Assembly (NCBI GenBank): GCA_001600695.1
Contig: BCKQ01000007.1
Span: 254,713-318,712 of the forward strand
Source: Ascoidea asiatica JCM 7603
Taxonomy: Eukaryota; Fungi; Ascomycota
Reading direction: 5' to 3'
Length of the DNA stretch: 64,000 bases
Made by a program: the position numbers and the translations under genes
Notes under the pieces: model-generated
What the model saw: only the letters and a program-made list of their open reading frames with translations
Told to the model about the DNA's origin: nothing
The model's database searches: none
Shown: one piece after another, positions 55,751 to 64,000 of the stretch
Layout of the letters: each line of letters starts with the position of its first letter
How positions within the stretch are numbered: the stretch's first letter is position 1

Positions 55751-57499
55751 TCTTCACAACGTTCTTCAACTAGATTTTCAATTAATGATAATAGATCTAT
55801 ACCTAATACATTTCGTCCAAGAAGATATAGATTACCAACTCGTGAAAATTTAATTAATAGAAATCCTAGAATTAATCTTCCATTACGTACTCCATCATAT
55901 AATTCTTCTAATACTATTAATAATTTTAATCTTGCTAATCATCATAGATCTAGATTAGGTCATATAACTTTTGGAGCTAGAGTTAGAAATAATACAGTTA
56001 ATAATAATGTAAATAATAATATTATTTCAAATGAACTGAATGAAATATTTGATAATATTAATAGTACTAGAGATTTTAGAAGAAGATTAGAACCTTCAAG
56101 ATTTGAAAGATTTGAAAATATTCCATCTGAGGATGATCCTATTGATGTTATAGTTTCCAATTTTTATGGAAATGAAGATGTAGAATCTGATGATAACTTA
56201 ACTAGTGCTAATGTTCCTTTTGTTAATAGTAATGAAACTGATGATGAATATGAATATGAAGATAATGATGATGATGAAGATGAAGAATTATTAGAAAATG
56301 ATGATGATCTTTATGAACAATTTAATGATTTAGAAGATGGTGATGATTATGAATATCAAGATAATGAAGTAGAACAATTGGATGATAATGATAATGATAA
56401 TGATAATGGTGATTATGAAGAAGATAATGATTATGATGACGATGATTATGATGATGATGATGATTATGATGATGATGAAGATGATGATGATATTGATATT
56501 GATGATGATCGATATAATTTTCGTCTTAGACATCATCAATCAAATTTTTATGATGAAGAAGTTAATGAAATTGATAATAATAATATTGAAAAAATGATTG
56601 AAGAAAATATTGAATTTTTAGAAGATAAAAAATATTCAAATCTTGGTTTAAGTTCATTAGATATTAAAAAACTTCGTAAAAGTCAAAAGATTTTAAATGA
56701 AATTAATTGTTTTAATAAATTAAGGAAAAAACAAGTTGATAAATTAATGAAAATTAAATTAAAAAATTGGTTTAAATTAAAACCATTTAATAAAATTAAT
56801 TATTTTAAAAATTTTTTAATTTGTTTAAATTGTGAAAAATGTTTAAAATATATTTTAAATAATTTTACATTTATGGAATTAGAATTAAATGATATTAAAC
56901 ATAAAATTAATAAAAAAGATAAAGAATATTTAAAAAAAGATTATAGAAAAGAAATAATTATTCAAGAAATTAATAAATTATTTAATGATAAAATGAATAG
57001 ATATAATGATTTTGGTATAAATGATATGAATTTAACTAAAAAAGAATTTGAAAATGTAATAAAATTATTAAAATTTCCTAAAAAAGAATTTAATGAAGAA
57101 TTTTTAAAAAAAATTGGATATAATAAACTTGAAAAATTAAAAGAATTAAGAAAAAAATATGAAAATGAATTTGATAAAGAAAAAGAAGAAAAAGAAGATA
57201 AAGAAGATAAAGAAGATGAAAAATTAAGAAAAGAAAAAGAATTATTTAAAAAATTCAAAGTTTTAATAAGTTTAAATAAAACAACTGGAGAAATTAGTTT
57301 AATTAAATTTTTTGATTCATTTAATTTTAATATAAATAATGAAATTGATGAGTTTAAAGAATTGAATAATAATATTAATAATTCAAAAAATGGAAAAAAT
57401 AAAATCAATTATGGAAATAAGTTTGTTAAAAATGATTATTTAAGTTTTAAAAGTGATAAAAATTTTAATAATTCATCAATTAATCATGAAATGTGTTAA
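53792..57499 (+). CDS. Large Asn/Asp-rich protein, possibly a very divergent Gid4/Vid24-family member
   Basis: The 1235-codon ORF is real by length and codon bias. The family guess rests on ordered short motifs FYSFQ, KIIDFKNH, WFKLKPF, FTFMEL, ISLNKTTGEI and is weak. Confidence 0.45.
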
Positions 57500-57581
57500 T
57501 AATAACATCATATTATGTTGTTTTATATATTATATATTATATATTATATATTATATATCGTATGTATATTGGTGATAATAT

Positions 57582-58020
57582 TTATACACAAGTTGATAAC
57601 ATTTTTGAAATTACTTTAATTAATTGAATATTTTGAGAAGCAGCATAAACTCTTTCTTTATCATTTAATTGTTTATTAACTTGATTTTCACTTTGATGTT
57701 TTTTTTCTTTAATTTTTATTGATAATCTATATCTCACAGGTAATGATCTTATTAATCTAATTCTTATACCTAAACCAATTAAAGTTGCTAATGAACAATG
57801 AGTTATAGTTGGAGTAATTTTTATTAAAATTTCTGAAATTTGATTTCTATTATTATAATTATTATTATTATTATTTAAAATTTGAATATCATTTAAATTT
57901 ACAACAGCTAATTGAGCTAAATTTAATGGATGTTCAGGATCAGAAATTGTTGCAATTAAATTATAAATATCTTGAGAATCTATTTCTTCTTCAATTTCAT
58001 CATTATTATTTTTAATTAAA

Positions 58021-58072
<52 letters not shown>

Positions 58073-58325
58073 AAATGTTTTGTAATTCTTCTAATGATAA
58101 ATTATTCATATCAATTTGATTCAAGTTATCTTTATCATCTTTATCATCTTGATCTTGTTGATATTGTTTTTCTTCTACTTCTTGTAAAAAATATGGAATT
58201 AATGAAATACTATTAAGATTTAAATCATTTGAAACTAATTTAGATATTGGATCAGATATTGAATCTCTATTTTGATTTATATTCACATCATATATAGTTG
58301 GATTTGCATTTATTGCTTCAGTCAT
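57582..58325 (-). CDS. CIA2: Cytosolic Fe-S assembly component Cia2 (FAM96B)
   Basis: INANPTIY, IYNLIATISDPEHPL.L.QL.VV, ITPTITHCSLATLIGL, HQSENQVNKQLNDKERV. Confidence 0.96.
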
Positions 58326-59397
58326 TATTGTTTATATTCTTATTTACTCAGTATTACTTTGTTATATTAACTTCTTTAATTAATATATTTTGTAATCTTA
58401 TATTATCATTCTTCTTCTTCTTCTTCTTCTTCTTCTTATTTATTATCTTTATCTTTATTTGATTCACTTTTGCTTCCTTTGCTTCTTTTCTTCGAGATTC
58501 GAGTTTAATCACCAGCCCCGAGCAATTTCTTACCTTTTACGTACATATGTGGCTGTGCACCGGTCATTCACCCTAAAACTATTAAAACAATTCTGGATTC
58601 AGCTTATTAATATCATTATTGCAAATGCTGATAGTGAGACTGGTTTCAATCCCATTTTTGAAAATACACTGAAAACCCCGAAAACATTTCTCGGGTCCAC
58701 TTCCAAATCAAAGACCCCGATAAATATCAAACAGATCCCAAAGCTAGAGGGATCACGTGGAATTTCCAAAAAAATAAAAACAACCCACAATTCTGGTCTC
58801 TAACTATCAGACCCACAAACATGGGTTTTATTAAAACACGAGACCATAATTGGGGGTCACATCTTCAATCACCTGACCGTACACGTGTTTCTCTTTATTA
58901 CTGTTATTGGAGCTGGAAGTGTATTTATTGTACGAGCAGTGCCTGCATTGTTTATTATTCACTTTTATTATTCATTACCACGAGATAACGAAATCAACAA
59001 GAAATGAGATAAATAAATAAATAAAAAAGAAGCATTAAATTATTAAATTATAGTCTAATAAATCAATTAATAAATAAATAAACCAATGAAGTTTAAGATT
59101 ATCTAAAGAAAAGAAAAATATGAACTAAAGAAAATAAACTAATAAAATTGATCTAATATTCATAAATTCAATTAATATCATCCAACTTTTACTTTTTACT
59201 ATTAACTAAAGTTATATATTATAAAGTAAAGTAATTGATTATCTCAATTTCAATTCAAATATTATATATTTCCATAATTTCCATTTTTATAAATAATCTC
59301 GTAAATATATCATCTCATCTCATCATCATTATCATTATCATTATCATTATCATAATCATCATCATCATCACTATTACTATTATTATTATTATAAAAT

Positions 59398-61710
59398 ATG
59401 AATTCTGTTTCAAATTTTTCAATTATTCAACCTGATTGTTGGGAAAATATGGAATTATCTGATCTTGGAAAATCAATATTTAATGATAATCCATTATCTA
59501 AAATGACAAAAGATTTAAAATTATCTTCAATTAATTATCTTTTAAAAAATTTATCAAATAATTTAAATATTAATACTAATATAAATAATTCAAATTATAT
59601 TAATGATTTAAATCTTTTAAAAAATTTATTAAAATCAAGAGATGGTTTAATTTTAAATTCTTTAAGAAGAAAAATTTATCCATTAATTTTAAATATTAAT
59701 ATAATTAATTCAAAAAATAATAATGATTATGAATTTGATATAATTAATAATGATTATCTTAATAATAATAACCAACAATTTAAACATAAACATAAAGATG
59801 AAAATCAAGTTTTTTTAGATACTGAAAGATCTTTTGTATTTTATCCAAAAAATTTAAATATTTCTCAAAAAAATTTTCTTAAAAAAAGATTAAATTTATT
59901 AATTATTTTATTCTTAAGAAAATTTAATAATTTATCTTATTATCAAGGTTATCATGATATTGCTCAATTAATTTTATTAATATCTTATACAAATAATGAT
60001 ACAAATAATAATTCAAATAATAATTTAAATTTAATCAACTTCTCCAATAAAGATCAAGATCAAAATCAAGAAGAAAATGAAAATGAAAATGAAAATTATA
60101 ATTTTAACTTAGCTTTTAAATTATTACAATATATATCTTTAAATCATTTAAGAGATTTCATGATGCCAACTATAAATCAATCAATTGATCAATTAAATTT
60201 AATTCTTTTAATTTTAAAAAAAATTAATAATAATTTTTATAATTTATTAAATTTAATTAATCCATTCTATTCATTATCAAATATTTTAACTTTTTTTATT
60301 CATGATATTAAAAATTTTAATAATATTTCATTTTTTTTAGATTTTTTCATCTCTTATAATTCAATTTTTTTAAATATTTATTTATATATTTCAATACTTT
60401 TATTAAAAAAAAATTATATTTTAAATAAATTAAATTTAAATCAATTAAATATTAATTATTCTTATTTCAATGATAATATAAGTTTAATTGATACTTCCAA
60501 TTCAAATTCAAATTCAAATTCAAATTCAATGTCAACTAGTTTTTTAAGTGAAAATGAAACTTTAGTTGATAGTACTATTTTAAATCCAATTATAGATTCT
60601 GATAATAACTTTAAAGACAATTTAAATAACTTAGATAATATACAAGATTTTCAATTAGAACCAATACCAAATTCAAATTATATTTCAGATTTAAATAATA
60701 ATTATAATAATAATTCAAACTTATCATCAACTTTACCATTTGATGAATCTTTAATTAATAAAGATCTTTTACATACAACTTTATCAAATCTTACAAATGA
60801 TATAAATTCAGAATTCTTATTTAATGCTTTAAATTTATCAAATGATTTAATTTTAAAATTTCCTCCAATAATTTTAAATGAATTCAATTATCAATCAAAT
60901 TTAAATTTTAATTCAAAAATCTTAAATTTCTATAAAAATTTATCAAATATAACAATTACAAAAAATATTTTTAATGAAAATTTCTTCAAATTTAAAAAAA
61001 TTAATCAATTCTCAGTCTTAAAAACAACTTCATTATTATTAAATAATGATTTAAATTTTCAATTTAAAAAAAATTTAATAAATATAAATTTTAAAAATTT
61101 AATCAATTTACAAATTAATGAAATTAATCAAAAGACAAATTATGAAAAAAAATTAAATGAAGAAAATTTTAATAATTTATTAATTAAAAGAAAAAAATTA
61201 AAACTTGAAAATGAAAAACAAAAACAAAAACAGAAACAAAAACAAAAACAAGTAATAAAAAAAAATAGTAATAAAAAGAGTAATAATATTGTCATTCAAT
61301 TATTTAATAATATTTATAAGAATTTATTTTCAAATAATAATAAAAATATTAATAAACATTCAAGAATTTTGAAAATTATAAAAATCTCTTTAATTATTGG
61401 AATTTCAAGTATTCTATTAAGTTATTTCATGAATAAAAAAAATCTTTTAAATAATAACTTTAATAATACTTTAATCAATTCTCTGCTGAGTAATAAGAAT
61501 TTAAATAAGAATTTAAATATTCTTTATACAAATTTCTTAAATTTGAAATTCAATTTCAATAATAATTTCAATCATTTTAATAGTTTTAATAGTTTTAATA
61601 CTATTGATACTTTTAATAATATTGGTATACATGTTGGTATATTCAAAGAAACAATGAAAGAACAATTAAATCAAAGTTTAAATACTTTATTAAATAAATT
61701 TTCATCTTAA
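59398..61710 (+). CDS. GYP8: Rab GTPase-activating protein (TBC), Gyp8/TBC1D20 type, with a C-terminal hydrophobic segment
   Basis: LRRKIYPLIL, DENQVFLDTERSF, YYQGYHDI, LRDFM; hydrophobic ISLIIGISSILLSYF. Confidence 0.88.
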   Translation: MNSVSNFSIIQPDCWENMELSDLGKSIFNDNPLSKMTKDLKLSSINYLLKNLSNNLNINTNINNSNYINDLNLLKNLLKSRDGLILNSLRRKIYPLILNINIINSKNNNDYEFDIINNDYLNNNNQQFKHKHKDENQVFLDTERSFVFYPKNLNISQKNFLKKRLNLLIILFLRKFNNLSYYQGYHDIAQLILLISYTNNDTNNNSNNNLNLINFSNKDQDQNQEENENENENYNFNLAFKLLQYISLNHLRDFMMPTINQSIDQLNLILLILKKINNNFYNLLNLINPFYSLSNILTFFIHDIKNFNNISFFLDFFISYNSIFLNIYLYISILLLKKNYILNKLNLNQLNINYSYFNDNISLIDTSNSNSNSNSNSMSTSFLSENETLVDSTILNPIIDSDNNFKDNLNNLDNIQDFQLEPIPNSNYISDLNNNYNNNSNLSSTLPFDESLINKDLLHTTLSNLTNDINSEFLFNALNLSNDLILKFPPIILNEFNYQSNLNFNSKILNFYKNLSNITITKNIFNENFFKFKKINQFSVLKTTSLLLNNDLNFQFKKNLININFKNLINLQINEINQKTNYEKKLNEENFNNLLIKRKKLKLENEKQKQKQKQKQKQVIKKNSNKKSNNIVIQLFNNIYKNLFSNNNKNINKHSRILKIIKISLIIGISSILLSYFMNKKNLLNNNFNNTLINSLLSNKNLNKNLNILYTNFLNLKFNFNNNFNHFNSFNSFNTIDTFNNIGIHVGIFKETMKEQLNQSLNTLLNKFSS

Positions 61711-61879
61711 ACTTCCAATTACTTTATTATCTTTTAGATCATTATAAGAACAATTTATTAGCAAAATTTAAACTAGATATAATACATATGAAGAACCTAA
61801 AAAAGAAAAAGAAAAAGAATATATAATAACAATAATAATAATAGTAATAATAATAACAAGGTAAATTAAAATCACCATT

Positions 61880-64000
61880 TTAACTTGTTGTAGAAATTTT
61901 TTGATCTGGATATTTTGTTAAATCTAAAGTAATAATCTTGGAACTATTTTCAACTTGTTCTCTATAAATTCCAACTAATGAATCACTTCTTTCAAATAAA
62001 CCATTTTTTAATGATATTACAATAAATTGAAAATTTGGTCCAGCATTTTTACTTATATAATTTGCAATTTTTGAAACATTTGCATTATCTAATGCTGCAT
62101 CAACTTCATCTAAAACAAAAAATGGTGATGGTTGAAAAGAATGAATTGCAAATAATAATGCTAATGCTGCAATGGTTTTTTCTCCTCCTGATAATAATTC
62201 CATATCTCTAAATCTTTTCATTGGTGGCATTGCATGATATTTAATACCATAATTATATGGTTCATATTCATCTTCTAATGTTAAATAAGCTGATCCACCT
62301 GATGGTGAAGCTTTTGATTTTGTTAAATCTTTATATATTGAATCAATTTTTGATGATATATGATTAAATGCTTTTAAAAATAATTCAATTCTTTTATCTT
62401 TAATATCATTAAATTCTTTTGCAATTGAATTTTCTGTTTGTCTAGTTTGTTGATGTTCTTTTTCTACATTTTTTAATCTTTTTTCAACTTCTTCTAATCT
62501 AGCTATAGCTTTTGTATTTGGTGAAAGATTTTCTAATTCTTCATTAATTTCAGAAATATTATCATTAAATCTATTTTCAATATTAGGATCTGTATTATCT
62601 TTTAAATTTTCATCTAAATCTGTATAATCAACTTTAATTGATTCTGAAATTTGAATTATATCAGGAACTTCTTCATTTTCATCTTCTTCATCTTCTTCTC
62701 CAATTGGTAAAGAATCTAAAGAACCTTCAAGTAAATCAATTTCAATATTTTCTATTTTACATGATTTTAATATATTTATACGATTTATTACTTCTTTTTC
62801 AATATCTTCTTCAATATTAAAACATTTTCTTTTTAATGATTCATATTTTTCTCGTAATTCTATTGCATTCTCTTCAGTTGTTTTTGAAACAAGTAATTTA
62901 CTTTGTAATTCTTTTTCTAAAGAAGCTAAATCAGATGATAAAACTTCAATTTCAGATTCTAATAAATCAATTTCTTCTTCTATCTCTTCTTTTTCTTTTT
63001 CTAATTCTTCTAAATTTTTATCATATTCTTCTTTAGATTTTTTAACTTTTTCTATACGTTGATTTGTTTCTTCTAATCTTTCATTTTCAAAATTTAATTT
63101 ATTTTCTATAGTTGTAATTTGTTTTGTTATTTTTGCTTTTTCTAAAGCTCTATTTCTAATTAAAGCACCATGAGTCTTTTCATATTCATCAATACCTTCT
63201 TTTAAATTATATTTTATACAAAATGATGAATAAATTTCTTCTTGAAGTTTAGAAATTTTACTTATTTGATCTTTAATTTTTAAATTTATTGATTCTAATT
63301 GATTTTTTTTAATATCATCAATTTTTTTAATAATTTTTTCTGAAAGAATATCATTTGATTGATATTTAAGTTGCATTTCACAATCATTTATATTTCTTTT
63401 AATTTCAGAAATTGAAGTTCTTTGAAGTGGAATTGTATTTTCTAAATCAACTATATCATCTAATAATTTTTTTTCTGTTAAATCATTTGGTTTTTTATTA
63501 TTTAAAGAATTTAATTGATTTATAAGATTATCTTTTTTATAAATTAATTCATTAAATTCTTGTTTATCCCATCTTTGTTTTTTTTTATCATTACCAGATG
63601 TACCACCAGTCATTAAACCAGATTTATGAATTATTGAACCATCAATAGTTACAACTTTTGTAGAAATATTTTTTTCCCAACGTACAATTTTTGCAATTTC
63701 CATATTATCACAAACTATTGAATCATTACAAGAATATTGAATTGCTCTTTCTAAAATTGGATCAAATTCTAAAATATCTATTATAGGTTTTGCATTTGGA
63801 TGAATATGACGAAAATTTTGATTTGGAGGTTTTGATTCAATAAAATCTAAAGGTATAAAAGAAGCAACACCAGCTCTTTGTTCTTTAAGATAAGAAATAC
63901 ATTGAGTTGCAATTGATAAAGTATCAACAATAATTGAATCAAAATTTTTACCAAGAGCTGTAGAAACTGCAATTTCATATTTTTTTTGTCTTGGTTTACA
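61880..64000 (-). CDS. SMC1: Cohesin subunit Smc1, 3' part (5' end outside window)
   Basis: Frame open to the window edge (CKPRQKKYEIAVSTALGKNFDSIIVD hinge); KYHAMPPMKRFRDMELLSGGEKT, FFVLDEVDAALD, FIVISLK. Confidence 0.97.
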   Translation of the reverse strand, partial: CKPRQKKYEIAVSTALGKNFDSIIVDTLSIATQCISYLKEQRAGVASFIPLDFIESKPPNQNFRHIHPNAKPIIDILEFDPILERAIQYSCNDSIVCDNMEIAKIVRWEKNISTKVVTIDGSIIHKSGLMTGGTSGNDKKKQRWDKQEFNELIYKKDNLINQLNSLNNKKPNDLTEKKLLDDIVDLENTIPLQRTSISEIKRNINDCEMQLKYQSNDILSEKIIKKIDDIKKNQLESINLKIKDQISKISKLQEEIYSSFCIKYNLKEGIDEYEKTHGALIRNRALEKAKITKQITTIENKLNFENERLEETNQRIEKVKKSKEEYDKNLEELEKEKEEIEEEIDLLESEIEVLSSDLASLEKELQSKLLVSKTTEENAIELREKYESLKRKCFNIEEDIEKEVINRINILKSCKIENIEIDLLEGSLDSLPIGEEDEEDENEEVPDIIQISESIKVDYTDLDENLKDNTDPNIENRFNDNISEINEELENLSPNTKAIARLEEVEKRLKNVEKEHQQTRQTENSIAKEFNDIKDKRIELFLKAFNHISSKIDSIYKDLTKSKASPSGGSAYLTLEDEYEPYNYGIKYHAMPPMKRFRDMELLSGGEKTIAALALLFAIHSFQPSPFFVLDEVDAALDNANVSKIANYISKNAGPNFQFIVISLKNGLFERSDSLVGIYREQVENSSKIITLDLTKYPDQKISTTS

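Overview
Very AT-rich (roughly 20% GC by eye), gene-dense budding-yeast (Saccharomycotina) chromosomal segment, full of Asn/Asp-type slippage repeats. About 26 protein genes. Left end: a GlcNAc-catabolism cluster (NAG1, DAC1, NGS1-type GH3-GNAT sensor, GlcNAc kinase HXK1). Then telomerase RT EST2, APN1 (intron), DOT5, eL28, SmF (intron), a Zn2Cys6 factor, a LisH protein, EST3, PRP4, RRP15, NUP57, SRP40, NDC80, a secreted aspartic protease, an unknown ORF, HOM2, RGD2, ABP1, TRAPPC11, a large possibly Gid4/Vid24-like ORF, CIA2, GYP8 and the 3' part of SMC1. The most unusual element is at 37502-37630 (-): a ~129-nt Pol III-type gene with the 5' end and closing helix of fungal SRP RNA but no recognisable S domain (an 'Alu-only' RNA), divergent from a damaged tRNA-Thr(UGU). 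Also notable: both NAG1 and DAC1 end in the peroxisomal signal -KSKL; EST2 and EST3 lie within ~9.4 kb; a CTG codon hints at the CUG-Ser code. No mobile elements or CRISPR arrays were recognised. All gene calls come from motif recognition by eye; no searches were run.
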